A stretch of 64,000 nt of DNA, from NCBI RefSeq assembly GCF_963506605.1, contig NC_083285.1, positions 71,982,001 to 72,046,000 of the forward strand, written 5' to 3'. Shown one piece after another: positions 21,360-36,126 of the stretch; the stretch's first letter is position 1; each line of letters begins with the position of its first letter. A program made the position numbers and the translations under genes. The notes beneath the pieces were generated by a model, which saw only the letters and a program-made list of their open reading frames with translations, made no database searches and was not told the DNA's origin. Source of the stretch: Zootoca vivipara. Lineage: Eukaryota.

Positions 21360-23267
21360 ACACATCCAAGAACAGATCCTCACAAACACACCAGCGGAAC
21401 CTCGGCCAGGAACTTTCTATCTTCTACCCAAAATACACAAACCAGGAAACCCAGGACGCCCCATCATCTCAGGTATTGGCACCATTACAGTGGGTGTTTC
21501 CGGCTATATGGACTCTGTTCTGAAACCATATGCTATTAGTGCTCCCAGCTACGTACGTGACACCACAGATTTTCTGAGGAAAATACAATATTTGAACAAT
21601 CTTCCTAACAATACTATACTAGCCACTATGGATGTGGAATCTCTATATACCAACATCCCACACAATGATGGTTTACAAGCCATAAGGAACACCATTTCAG
21701 ATAAAACCACAGCGGACTTTGCTACCAAACTCTGCCACTTTGTCCTTACCCACAACCACTTCAAATTTGGTGATGACCTGTTCCTCCAGATCAGCGGCAC
21801 AGCCATGGGCACCCGCATGGCCCCACAGTATGCCAACATCTTCATGGCAGATTTAGAACAACGTTTCCTTAACTCCTACCCACTCAAACCTCTCCTGTAC
21901 CTGCGATACATTGACGATATTTTTATTATCTGGACACATGGACAACAGACCCTGGAAACCTTCCACCAGACATTCAATGACTTTCACCCCACCATCAACC
22001 TAACAATGAACCAATCTATGCAAGAAATACATTTTTTGGACACTACTATAAAAATACAGGATGGACGTATAGACACCACCTTATACAGAAAACCAACTGA
22101 CAGACAAACATATCTACATGCTTCTAGCTACCATCCCAAACATACCAAACAATCCATCGTATACAGCCAGGCCTTACGTTACAACCGCATCTGTTCCAAC
22201 TCTACAGACAGAGAATCTCACCTAAGAGATCTACAGCAAACCTTTTTAGAACTAAAATATCCACCTGATGAAGTTAAACAACAGATCAACAGAGCCAGAC
22301 AGATACCTAGAGAGAACCTGCTGCAAGACAGACCCAAAAAAGAAAATAACAGAACACCACTAGTCATCACATACAGCTCCCAAGCTAAAACAGTACAACG
22401 CATCATCAGAGATCTACAGCCTCTCCTGGACAATGACCGCTCCCTTTCTCAAGCTCTGGGAGGAAGACCTTTCATTGCCTACAGACAGCCACCCAATCTT
22501 AAACAACTCCTCACCCACAATAATACAACCACCAGACTTAACATGGACACTGGTACCAGAGCCTGCAATAAACCCAGATGCCAACTTTGCTGCCACATAC
22601 ACCCAGACAACACCATTACTGGCCCCAACAACATCCAACATACCATCTCAGGACTATTTAATTGCTCATCCTCTAACATTGTGTATGCCATCAAATGCCA
22701 ACAGTGCCCTTCAGCTCTCTATATTGGACAAACAGGCCAAACCCTACGCCAAAGGATAAATGGACATAAATCTGACATCAGGAACCAGAAGACAGAAAAA
22801 CCAGTAGGAGAACACTTCAATCTCCCAGGACATTCTATACAAGATCTCAAAGTAGCTGTCTTACTACAAAAGAATTTCAGAAATAGACTGGAAAGAGAAG
22901 TTGCTGAATTGCAACTTATCACCAAGCTCAAAACCATGGAGGGACCTGGTTTGAACAGAGATATCGGATTCTTATCTCATTATACATGATAAGCGATCTT
23001 CAGCCATCTCAACCCTTGCTTTTTCATGCAAAACCATTTGCAGTCGTTTGCGGTCATCAACAGCTATCAGTCAGTCAATCACCCATTTCCACCACCCTTC
23101 TGAGTGATCCCCCCTCCCCATCCCCACCCCTCCCCACCCCTTCTCTACATAAGTGCCTGGAAACTTCCATTTCACTGTATCTGAAGAAGTGTGCATGCAC
23201 ACGAAAGCTCATACCAAAATAAAAACTTAGTTGGTCTTTAAGGTGCTACTGAAGGAATTTTTTTATT
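21360..23267 (+). mobile_element. Penelope-like element (Neptune-type), 5'-truncated, right arm of palindrome
   Basis: Reverse complement of the left arm; ORF ends 22989; TSD ATTATTCTTCCTCCA at 19368-19382 and 23265-23279 flanks the pair. Confidence 0.93.
23177..23214 (+). ncRNA. Minimal hammerhead ribozyme motif
   Basis: GTAT-CTGAAGA-A-GTGTGC-AT-GCACAC-GAAA-GCTC-ATAC. Confidence 0.7.
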
Positions 23268-23868
23268 ATTCTTCCTCCAGTTATGCCTTTTTAATCATGA
23301 TCAGGCTGAACTTCTTAGTCCTTTTTTGATGGGGAAGTGGAAGTAGCTTCTGTCCGGTTTTTTGTTTTTGCTTCCGTCAGTTTTTGGTTGACCAAAGAGA
23401 CAATTGACTTTGGAGATGGAGTGGATTTCATGAGCCAAACAAAATCCATCCCAGGAACGAGCCAGACTTTTCAAATCTCAGGTTCCCATAAATATGTCAG
23501 TGAATGCCAGGCAATAAAGGCAGTGAACCCTATAGTACAGACAGAGCTTGCCAAACTTTTCATATTGGTGACACATTTTTTGGGACATGCATCATTTTGC
23601 AACACAGTAATTCAGTTTTGCATCATTTCGTGACACAGTAATTCAGTTTTACAAGCAACTAACCCCTTTCTAGCCCCAGGAGGAGCGTGGGATGTGTTTG
23701 TGCAAAAGAGCTACACACTGCAGTTGATACGCTAATATGTCGCAGAACACAGTTTGGAAAGCTCTGTAGTAAGACCTCATGACTAATGCCCCTCAGTTCT
23801 TCCTCTATCACAAGTGTTCATTAGCATTGTTCAATAATTTGGGGCTCCATTTCTTCCTGAGGCTCTAA

Positions 23869-25719
<1,851 letters not shown>

Positions 25720-25845
25720 GTAAAAGGTTGTTGTTGTTTTACATCTTTATTGGTTTTTCTATTGATTTACAACCACCCTTTTCATACACGTCAACATTCA
25801 CTATAAACAATTGAAATCTCTCAACATTCCACCATTGAACATGTA

Positions 25846-26179
25846 AAGGTAAAGGGACCCCTGACCATTAGGTCCAGTTGTGACCGACTCTGGGGTTGTG
25901 GCGCTCATCTCGCGTTATTGGCCGAGGGAGCTGGCGTACAGCTTCCAGGTCATGTGGCCAGCATGACAAAGCCGCTTCTGGTGAACCAGAGCAGCACACG
26001 GAAATGCCGTTTACCTATTTATCTACTTGCACTTTGACATGCTTTCGAACTGCTAGGTGGGCAGGAGCTGGGACCGAGCAACGGAAGCTCACCCCATCAT
26101 GGGGATTCAAACAGCCAACTTTCTGATCGACAAGCCCTAGGCTCTGTGGTTTAACCCACAGCGCCACCCGCATCTCTAT
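25846..26179 (-). mobile_element. Sauria SINE
   Basis: Matches the other copies; TSD ATTGAACATGTA at 25834-25845 and 26180-26191. Confidence 0.88.
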
Positions 26180-26399
26180 ATTGAACATGTATGCATAAAC
26201 AAAAAATAAAATAAAAATTATGTTACTTATCTACTTATGTTGTTACTTTGTTTGCACTGGACTTCCTTCCACCTCTTCCTAGGGTCCATAGAATTCTTTG
26301 TTGTATGCCTTTCCAGTTGTATCTAATCTTTTATTTACCATCGTTTCCACTGTTTCTACTGGTTATCTTTACAAGAGTCAATCTAGCCCAGTCAAAAAT

Positions 26400-26720
26400 T
26401 TTAAATCACTGCAGTAATCTTTCAGATATTTTAAAAAATTACTCCAATTGCTCTTAACTTTTTGGTACTCTTGGTCTCTTAACTGCCCTGTCAGCTTATC
26501 CATCTCTGCATATTCCATCAGTTTCGCTCTTTGTTGGAATTTGGTCTCCTTTCCAGTTTTGTGCTGTCAATACTCTTGCTGCCGTGGTGGCTTACATAAA
26601 TAACTTCTTCAGATCTTTGGGGAATCTCACCCTCAATGATTCCTAGAAGGAAAGCTTCTGGCTTTTTGGGAAACGATAATTTAAACATCTTCTTTAACTC
26701 ATTGTATCCCATAATTCTAT
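26400..26720 (-). mobile_element. Degenerate L1-like LINE ORF2 C-terminal fragment
   Basis: ELKKMFKLSFPKKPEAFLLGII resembles squamate L1-clade ORF2 ends; heavily decayed. Confidence 0.45.
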
Positions 26721-26761
26721 TTTTTTACATCTCTACCATGCATGATACATTGTTCCTACTG

Positions 26762-27095
26762 CTGGTCTGAATAGAGACATTGGATTCTTATAAATTATAC
26801 ATCTCACCCCTTGCTTTTTCCTGTAAGACCAATTGCAGTTGTTAACAGTCGTCAACAGGCTTACCACACCTATCAGCGAATCACCCATTCCCACCACCCT
26901 TCTGAGTAATACCCCTCCCCACCCTCTCACTAAATATAAGGGCCTGGTGACTTTTGTTTCTGTGTATCTGAAGAAGTGCATGCACGTGAAAGCTCATACC
27001 AATGACAAACTTAGTCGGTCTCTAAGGTGCTACTGGAAGGAATTTTTTAATTTTGTTTCGACTATGGCAGACCAGCACGGCTACCTACCTGGAAC
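26762..27095 (+). mobile_element. Penelope 3' fragment with degenerate hammerhead
   Basis: End of ORF (GLNRDIGFL), 3' region, CTGAAGAAGTGCATGCACGTGAAAGCTCATACC, GGCTACCTACCTG tail. Confidence 0.85.
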
Positions 27096-27694
27096 ACCCT
27101 TAATGTAAACGGACTGTGCTTGAATGTACTGTCACTACTGGAGAGGGAGAACTTCAATATAATGGTTTTGCAAGTTTTTATTTTATTTTAAAAAATGCAA
27201 AAGTTGCCTGACTGGGTCATCAATGCTCTGCCCTGGCAGCCAGTGCAGTCAGGCCAGGATCCATGTAATAGGCTCAGACCATCTTGTCGCAGTAAGCAAC
27301 CTGGCTGCTTAATTCTGCACAGCTGAAGTTTCCCAACCATCTTCAGATGCAGCTCCAAGTATAACATGTTCCAGTAATCTAACCTAGGGATTTGGGGTTA
27401 GAGTTAGGGGTTCACTAGCTGGAGCTGCACTGAATCCCCCTGAAACCTTCAATCCAGAGCCATTGCAGTGGAAATAGTGTCAGCTGCTCCTTGCAGTCTC
27501 CTCTGGGCTCCCCATCTGGCTGTGGCAGGGAGGGCAGAGCCAAGAGCCATGGGCCGTGACTGGCCTTCTGAAGGTTGAGCCCACCAGGGCTTGGCCTTGA
27601 GGGCCAGACCTTTGCTTGGGTCCCACAGGGTTGAAGATCCTTCTTCACCTCACCGAGTTGCAGGCCAGCTGGGTCTCTGGTCCCACCTAGCCAG

Positions 27695-28316
27695 CAGGGC
27701 CGGCATGTCCATTTAGACAAACTAGGCAGCTGCCTAGGGCGCCAAAATGAAGGGGGCGCTGGCCAGCCTGCCCCCCGGTGCTGCCTGGGGCTGCCTCCAC
27801 TGTGGCTGTCAGCTGTTGAGCGGCTTCAGGCCGATATCCTGAGGCGTGCGCGTGCCTCCGGAGAGCGGCCTGAAGCCGCTCAACAGCTGACAGCCGCAGT
27901 GGAGGTGGCCACCCCAGGCTCGCGCTCCCAGCATTAAGCTCCGGAGGCGCGCGGGGAGCGTGAGGCTGGGGCTGCCTCCTCCACGCCTGTCACTGTTGAG
28001 CAGCTTCAGGCCGCTATCCCGAGGCACGCGCGTGCCTCAGGGGAGCGGCCTGAAGCCGCTCAACAGGCAGCTGCCCCAGACTTGCGCTCCCAGCGTGAGG
28101 GGAGTGCGAGCCTGGGGTCACCTCNNNNNNNNNNNNNNNNNNNNNNNNNNNNNNNNNNNNNNNNNNNNNNNNNNNNNNNNNNNNNNNNNNNNNNNNNNNN
28201 NNNNNNNNNNNNNNNNNNNNNNNNNNNNNNNNNNNNNNNNNNNNNNNNNNNNNNNNNNNNNNNNNNNNNNGAAGGTGATCTTGCCTAGGGCGCAAAAAAC
28301 CCTAGCACCAGCCCTG
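27695..28316. mobile_element. Non-autonomous hAT-like element with internal GC-rich hairpin repeats (spans the assembly gap)
   Basis: Termini CAGGGCCGG/CCAGCCCTG; 8-bp TSD CTAGCCAG at 27687-27694 and 28317-28324. Confidence 0.75.
28125..28270. other. Assembly gap (146 N)
   Basis: Run of N. Confidence 1.
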
Positions 28317-29758
28317 CTAGCCAGGGATCCCCAAACCCACTTGCTCCCTAGACCTTCTTGGAGGTCCCAGTTTCTGCCTCTAGCCGGGAGTCTGCCACAA
28401 GACTCTTTGATCGTTCTTACCGCTGAGACATGAGGTGATTTGGTCTCTCTGAATTGCTGTACTGTGCCCCTGCACTTACAGTGTTACAATTTCTCAACTG
28501 CCCACATTGAAATTTTCATCAGTTTTATCATCTGCATCCCAGCAGAGAGATTCAATCCAAACTGGATCTCTCTCAGTTCCTCTTGGCTTTCTCCCCCTTG
28601 ATAAGTTTAAAAGCTGCTCTGCCACCGTTTTTATTTTTGGTGCCAGCAGTAGTCTGGTTCTATCCCTGGTTGAAGGGGAGCCTGCCCCTTTTCTACAGGC
28701 CCAGCTTGCCCCAGCTTGTTTCTCAGTGCCTAACAAATCCAAACTCCTCCTCCTGACCCCACCGTCTCCTCCACACATTAAGACCACAGAGTCTGCCTGG
28801 CTTTGTGGCATGGAACTGGCAGCATTTCAGAGAAAGCTACCTTGCAGGTCCTGGCTTCCAGTATCCTATTGAGCAACCTAAATTTGGCTCCTAGGACCTT
28901 GTGACTACATCTTCCCATGTCTTTGGTGCTAACATGCCCCATAACCACTGACTCCTCCCCAGTACTATCTAGCCAGGCTATCTAGGTGACAAGCGACCTC
29001 CTCAGCTCTTGCACCAAGCAGGCAATCTGGCCTGCAGTCTGTCCATTCATTGCATATCCAACTATGTAGATTCTGAGTGATTTCCCTGTCTCCCTGCAAA
29101 GTGAGCTGGAGTCTGGCTAGAGGAACAGTGGGCATGGTATCATGATAGGGGATAAATTTCTCATTCCAGATGTTACCAGAAAGATGATGGTTAATTGCAG
29201 GCAGATGTTTCCATAGTATCCAGCGACCAGGTGGCTCATCAAGGCAAGACAGTTTGAGCATATCACACAGATCCTAGCCTGACTGCCCTGGCTGCCATTT
29301 AGTTTCCAGGCCCAATTCAGAGCGCTGATTTTAACCTATAAAGCCTTAAATGGCACCTAACACCAGAGAAAATGGCCATTTTTAAAGCTCAAGCACAGAG
29401 ACATGGGGTCAGAAGGGCCCTGGGTCGTTCTCTGTCCAAGCACAGCAGTTCTGCTCCTAGCCAGACTACTCTTTTGCTGCAGTACGTGGGCATTTATGAC
29501 TGCAGTGGGAAATTTATGGTCTCACCCATCATGCACCTGATCCCCATTGACCAACCCTGCTTAAACCCAGCAGTGCCCTTTAACCTAAGAGGAGAGATGT
29601 GTGTTGGTTGATCTAGCTATCTTGTGGTACCACATCTGTCATTTGAGTTCCCCCCTCACCTGACAGCTTCAGGAAGGCAGTTGCATCTGATGCAGGGAGA
29701 AAGGGCACAGCCTCTTCCTCAGCACTGCAGACCTGGTCCTTTGAAGGGATAATAGACT

Positions 29759-29852
29759 CTGAAGAAGTGTGCATGCACAAGAAAGCTCATACCAATGACA
29801 AACTCAGTTGGTCTCTAAGGTGCTACTGGAAGGAGTTTTTTTTATTTTGTTT
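29759..29852 (+). mobile_element. Short Penelope end beginning at the hammerhead core
   Basis: TCTGAAGAAGTGTGCATGCACAAGAAAGCTCATACC...GCTACTGGAAGG. Confidence 0.75.
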
Positions 29853-30618
29853 AGGAAAACTTCATAATAGGATGTACCAGAAGTAATAAGCAGGAGAAAG
29901 TCAGTCAGGAAACAATGGGAATATTATAGGATGTGTTCCAATTTTAAATTGACTGCAAACTTGGGGCCCATTTTCCAATCTCTCTGACATTTGTAAGTCA
30001 CCCCAGAAATCTGTCACTAGTTGTCTGTGTAAGGTCTTGAGTTTAGACAAGAGCTGGGAGCTGAGTGGTGGGAGAGATGGCAGGAAGCATGAAGGTAGAC
30101 TGTGAGAGACTATGGAGTTTATGGTGTGTATGTGTGTGGCAGTGCATCGCTGCTGTCACAGCAAGATCACATGTGGGAGAAGGGATCTTTTCTGGTGTGT
30201 GTGTGTGTGTGCCCATACAGCTCCTTGCCAGGGGTGCAAGGGACCTAGGAACGCTTCTGCACTTCCCTGCAAATTATGATGGGATGATGATGATGCTTAA
30301 CTTAATTCTGTTCTTTCTATTCACCCATCAAACAAGAAAAGAGTTTTGTTTATGTTCAATTTATTGGAAATTTTCAAGCAGAGAGGCTTGCAATCCAGAG
30401 CAAGATGACTGACCAGCCCAGACACACTTTAAAAAAAACAATCACTTCCCCTCATTCATATAGAAAGAGGGCCATTTCCCTCCCCCATGGGGTGTGGCAC
30501 AATATGCAAATGCTAGTGCAGGAAGCAGCAGCTGGATTTTGATTATATGGCAGTAGGTAGACGTTTCATCAAAGGGGATCTCGAGAGAAATGCTGGAATT
30601 CATTCAGGACCATGGAAC

Positions 30619-33600
30619 TCAGAGTCTGCAACCTCTTGTCCACTTTGAGAGATTTTTTCCTTTGCAATGTTTCTTCCAAGCATACCTAAAAGTCAGAATG
30701 AGAGCAAAAAATGAAGCGAGGGAAGCCACATGACTTCCAAGCAACTACAAGGGAGATGGATCTTCTTTAAAAGCTCCACCACATTTCCAAGTGAGGCATT
30801 TGTGTCGGCTACAGAGTATTTCTTCCTGTTCATTGTCTCTGCTGATGATTATTTTTGGTGGTCAACGGGAAATCTACCTATTAACAGCCCATGATGCCCT
30901 GCTAGCAAAATGTTGCTTCCCATCCTCCATGGAACTTTACTGCTCAGTCATGGACAGAGCTGCTGAGCTTCTCAATGGCCTCATTCCTTGAGTCAGAATG
31001 ACTGGATCTGTCTGTATCCACCACCCACGTGCCGGTTCCTGACTAGGGGCTTCCAGATTTCACGGTCTTGCCCACGTAACCATTTGGCAACCACTATGGG
31101 ACTTTTCAGGGTTTCGCTTTGGTTTTTTTTTAGAAGTGTGAATTTGTTTTATGTGTTTTATGTTATGTGTGCTGATCAACGCACAGTCTTTGCAGTAAGG
31201 CTCTGTTCTGATGGCATGAGTATAACAATGGCCAGTAAATTCTTATCTGCTGCAGCCTTCACCCGCCTTCACAGCCATTGTAACATACCGCTTGTGTTAT
31301 GTACTGAGCTGAATCATAGAACAATAGGATCCAGAATCAGCAGTCTGATTGGTCCGCAGGAGCCACCCAATCCAAATTCCAGGTGGAAGTGAATCTGCAA
31401 CCTGATTGGCCTGCAGGAGCAGCCAATCAGGCGGCTGGCAGAAGTGAATCCGCAACCTGATTGGCCTGCAGGAGCAGCCAATCAGGCTGCTGGCAGAAGT
31501 CAATCCACAAACTGATTGGTCCACAGGTGTAGCCCTGAAGTAGCCAATCACGCAAAGCCCATTGTGTAAATAATGTATATAAGCAGATGGTTTTGGGGAA
31601 AGGGCATTCTTCTCTTCTTCTCCTTGATGACTACGAGCGGAATAAAGAGCATGAAATTCACTCTTGACTCCGAGTATATTTCAGCTTGTTATCTTCCTTT
31701 TGTTCTGCTGTTGGATTATTCTTTGTGTAGCTCCTTCCCTTTGACCGTACTGCCTTGGGTGACCCTGCTGGGAGTACGGGACTCCCAACAGCTTCGCTCA
31801 CAAGGGTCATGCAAGCCCACGAGGGAGAATCCCATTCAGAGGCACATTGTGCCTAGCAATGGAGGTGGAACAGAGTCACTGTGGCTGCTAAGCATGGGTA
31901 GCTTTCTGTGAAAGACCTCCAAGCAAACTTGGGAATGAACCATCTGCCCCAGGATTTCGCTCCAGCCCATGGCAGAACTTAGACTCTCTCCTCCTTTCCT
32001 GCATTCCAATTTATTTATTACTACATTTATACCCCACCTTTTCTCCAAGGAGCTCAAGGTGGCATACATGGTTAGACAAACACTGTGGGGCAGGCTGGGC
32101 TGTGAGACAGTGACTGACTCAATGTCAACCTTTGAACTTCCTGGCTGAATCAGGATTTGATCTCTGGTCTCCCAGTTCCTCTCTTACACATTGGCTCAGT
32201 TGCCAAATCATTTCCTTAAATCCCCACCAAGACAGCTACTAACAGCTCTTACCGGTAGTAGCCACCAGCCACCCAGGTGTTTGCTGAGTGGCTGGCTTTG
32301 TGATGTGGGTGGGGCTGTGGTCATTTCCTAGCTTCCAGCACGATGCTGCCAGTTACTCAGAGGAAGGGGGGAAATGCAGCACAGGGTCCCAGAGCAGTGG
32401 GGGCACTACTGGCTGTACATTGAAGGAAGCATCATCTTTAGCCCTTGACAGTGCCTATTGAGGAAGGTCAAGTGGAACCATCTTTCTCTACACAGTTATG
32501 TGAACTGACAACTTGGCTGGTATTGAATGTTCCAAGCACTGAGATATAAGCACTTACCATGCATTCATCCCTTGGGGGTCACGGACAATCCTCTTGGCAC
32601 AGTTAATATCATTTGTGATGTCATCATTTAAGAACGCTGGCAAAGATTTGTCAGAAAGCAAATGAGGTTACTGGGGATTCCTAAAATGCAAATCCCAGAA
32701 TACAAACACCCCCAAGGTTGCAGGGGCTGCCTCTGGACTGTGGAATGCCTTTTCCTAGAGGTCCAGCCAACACTAAGCTTGAATACTTTTGGGGAGCACT
32801 TAAAGCGTTTCCCGCTTGAGCTGGCATTCAAACATTATAGCACCAAGCAGGGGATCCCTTCTAGTCAGCTGCATTCTAGCCAGAGAAAGAAATCAGTTCT
32901 TTATAAATGGCCCATTTCATCCTCCATCCAGACAAGCAAGGTCACAGTTCCAGGACACATTGCACCCAGGTAAAAGCAGGAGGATACAGAGCAGAGGCAG
33001 TGGGACAGCATGGCCTAGTGAGAGGTCATGGCCTAGGGCAGGGGGTCAGCAAACATTTTCAGCAGGGGGCCAGTCCACTGTCCCTCAGATCTTGTGGGGG
33101 GCTGGACTATATTTCGGGGAAAAAAATATGAACAAATTCCTATGCCCCCCACAAATAACCCAGAGATGCATTTTAAATAAAAGGACACATTCTACTCATG
33201 TAAAAACATGCTGATTCCCGGACCATCCGTGGGCCGGATTTAGAAGGTGATTGGGCTGCATCCGGCCCCCGGGCCTTAGTTTGGGGACCCCTGGCCTAGG
33301 GCAATGTTTCCGAGTTTGTGGGTTGCGACCTGCAAGTGGGCAGCCAAACCAGTTGAAGTGGTTCAGTTGCTTGAGTGCTTTCTCCCCCTGTTGAAATACT
33401 TTGGTAAGGAGTGCTAGGACCTTTGTTCACACAGCTGCCTGCCTCCAGATTACTTGAAATGAAAGGTTGGGAAAGAAAGGAAGGAGCTGTGGGGTTATCC
33501 CTGTGTGCCCAGGCTGCTGCTGCTGCTGCCTGCCAGCAAGCAGTGAGCGCCTTGTTTGCATGGTAAGTAAGGCTAAATGGAATGGAGGGGTGGGGAGGAG

Positions 33601-36075
33601 CAGCAGGGATGCCCCGGCACATTCAGGATTCTGCTATCCCCCAACCACCAGCAGGTGCCTCTTTTGCCTTGTGCTGGGGACGTTTTCTTTAAAAAGGGAT
33701 GGAAAAGTAAAGGAGAGGGAGAGGTCTCCTTGCTGGGTCAGGGGAATGTTGCTGCCCGCTAGGTGGTGCTGTTGGCAGATGGTTCTTGAGCTTTATGAAG
33801 ATGCTTTTTAGAATTGGGAGTTTAGTGCTCAAGTACGGAAATGTGTGTGTGACTGTGAGAGAGACGTGCAAGTTGTGTGAGGAAGGTGGGAGAGATGTAT
33901 TTGTGATGTGTGTGTGTGTGTGATGGAGGGAGGGAGGGACAGATTTACATGTTGTTTCATGCAAGTGAGAAAAAGGGGTTACATGTATGTGTGCTCAGAA
34001 GGGAAGATATGTACAGTACTTGAGCGGAGAGGGAGAGCAGTCTGTGTCTCTGAGGGGCTGAGGTGTGGTGTGGGGGGCCAGGGGGGGCTATTGCCCCAGC
34101 ACACATTTTTGAGGGTGTGCTATCAGGAATCCCCACAAGCCCTGGCAGCTGAGGCACACTGGCAGACAGGTTGGTCTGGTGGGCAGGTGGGTGGAGGCAG
34201 CAGTCAAAGAGCCTGTTGGAGGCAGGCTCCATCCACCCTCTGCGGGGGCTCTGCAGACCACCTCCTGGTGCCCGCCCCAACCACCCAGTCCACCAGGTGA
34301 AGGGGGTGGCAACCCACACTACGCTAATGGTGAGGGGGGAGGAATGCACACATGCACATGTGGTGCATATGAGAGAGAGAGAGATCGAGATCGAGATCTG
34401 AGTGTTTGTATATCTGTGCGGTATAAGGTGGAGCGAGAGACACAAAACTTGCATGTATGTCTGTGGTCTGTATGTGCGAGGGCATGTGTGTGCTCTGTGT
34501 GTATGCAATAGTGTCGTCTGGCTACCTTGTGTAGATTTTCCTGGTACAAGGAGTGCTCCCTGGTGTTATTGGACAACAGCAGTACCAGTGTGTACGTTTG
34601 CATGTAAAAACAACTTTAAGTGACACAGTCAGGAGAAACAGGGCACAGCTGGCTTCCCATGGTAAACCTGGAAGTTTGGGGGGAGGGAAGCAGCAATGAC
34701 TGTACTGTACTCTCTACAATTTCCCCTATGCTCACCCCAATGGCTTTAACTTAAACAAATAAATGGAAATTACTATGTGAAACATTTTGAATTTCATTAT
34801 GTAGTTCCAATTTTTATTATTAACTGTGTCATTAAAAGTTAACCACAAACTCAACAAAGAAGGGGGCACAGGAAGAGAGAAGTGTGGGAGACACATTTTA
34901 AATTTATTAAGATATTAGTACCAGCATTTCTGGAAGTCCAAAATTCATTTGACAATAAATCTGTAGTCACCATGTCTTTTAAGTTTGGATTTGTGGGTCA
35001 CCATACCAAAAACATTGGGGACCACTGACTAAGGACAGTCCTGAGAGCTGGACAGATACACCTGGGCACCCCCAGGTTGTGGATTTATTTTCTTTTTTCT
35101 TTTAATCCAGCAGTTATTTTGTGGGAAATTCTCCTGAATGACAGCTTTGTATGCATTTTTCTGTAATCTAATGCACTTTTGTATGTAATTTTTGTAAATA
35201 TATCTATTTATAGGCATACTGTGCCCAATGCAGTTCAAAGAATGTGCTGTGTGTTTGTCTGTGTATTATTTCATAAAGTGCAAATTAGGTAGATTCACCT
35301 TCAAATGTGAACTGAATTAAAGAAGTGGAAGCTAGCATTCCCTATAGTATCAAGTTGCTTACCATAGCAGGAGATGCTACACCCATTGGCTGTTGGGCGA
35401 TGTCCATTGTCGCACCACCAGCGGCTGCTTATCTGAAAGATTCCATACTCACGATTGCCGCTGGAGGTTTGTGGCCCCATGAGTCTGGTGTTAAATGAGC
35501 TTTGATGATAAGCGGCACAGATCCCTGGAACAAAGCGAACAAGAAAAGGGTTACAATTTGGGTACACGCTGGGTGTGCAATCTCTTTTTTTTTGTCAAAG
35601 TTGCAGCATTTTGAAACAGAATAATTTAAAAACATTCTTACAATGTTCACGGTAAAAGCTGTCTGTAACGTCTAAACCCCCCCCCCAAATGGTCCTAAAT
35701 AGAAATTTTTTTCATAATCTCACATTAGTAAGGAGGATAAATTTGGTTTGGTTTGGCCCTTTAGATGTGCAGTGAGGTGAATCTTTTTATGTCTGCTTCT
35801 TGATCTTTCAAAGATTAATGAGAGTTCGGACATTCTGATGGGCAGCAGGGTTTGTGTGAACCATTTCCTGAAAAGCAGTCCCCATTTCTACTTTGCCTCA
35901 AAACACCAGAAATAGCAAAGAAAGGAGGAGCGAACTCACAGTTGGCCAGGCTGACGCCACGATATCCATCCATCCCAGCCCGTTTCAATCGCGCAGCCAG
36001 TTCACATCTCCCAAACACTTTGGCTTCATTCCCTGCAAGGAGGAGGCAGAAGAGGGTGAGGGCCAGAACCATCAT
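30619..36075 (-). CDS. c-type lysozyme-like paralog A (147 aa, cationic, E35Q/D52E); exons 36075-35940, 35524-35363, 32636-32558, 30685-30619
   Basis: Exons of 136/162/79/67 bp with GT-AG sites splice to [147 protein letters not shown]; 8 Cys; AATAAA at 30365-30360. Confidence 0.93.
31295..31683 (+). mobile_element. Solo LTR (389 bp, CCAAT-rich) in intron 3 of lysozyme A
   Basis: TGTTA...TTTCA, TSD GCTTG (31290-31294, 31684-31688), 55-bp internal repeats, TATA and AATAAA; same family as 63584-63962. Confidence 0.88.
33039..33293 (+). mobile_element. hAT (Charlie-like) MITE
   Basis: CAGGGG(G)TC...GACCCCTG termini, 8-bp TSD GCCTAGGG. Confidence 0.85.
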
Positions 36076-36126
36076 CTCTGCGATTCTCTGGAGAGAGATG
36101 CTTGGATTCCCTGGGGTCCCCAGTGG

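Noticed and set aside
19708-22989. Two 553-aa ORFs as complete genes
   Set aside because: Their TTG starts come from the palindrome apex; both are 5'-truncated Penelope ORFs.
33300-34620. Cluster of ORFs in lysozyme A intron 2
   Set aside because: TG/GA-rich low-complexity sequence with no protein motifs.
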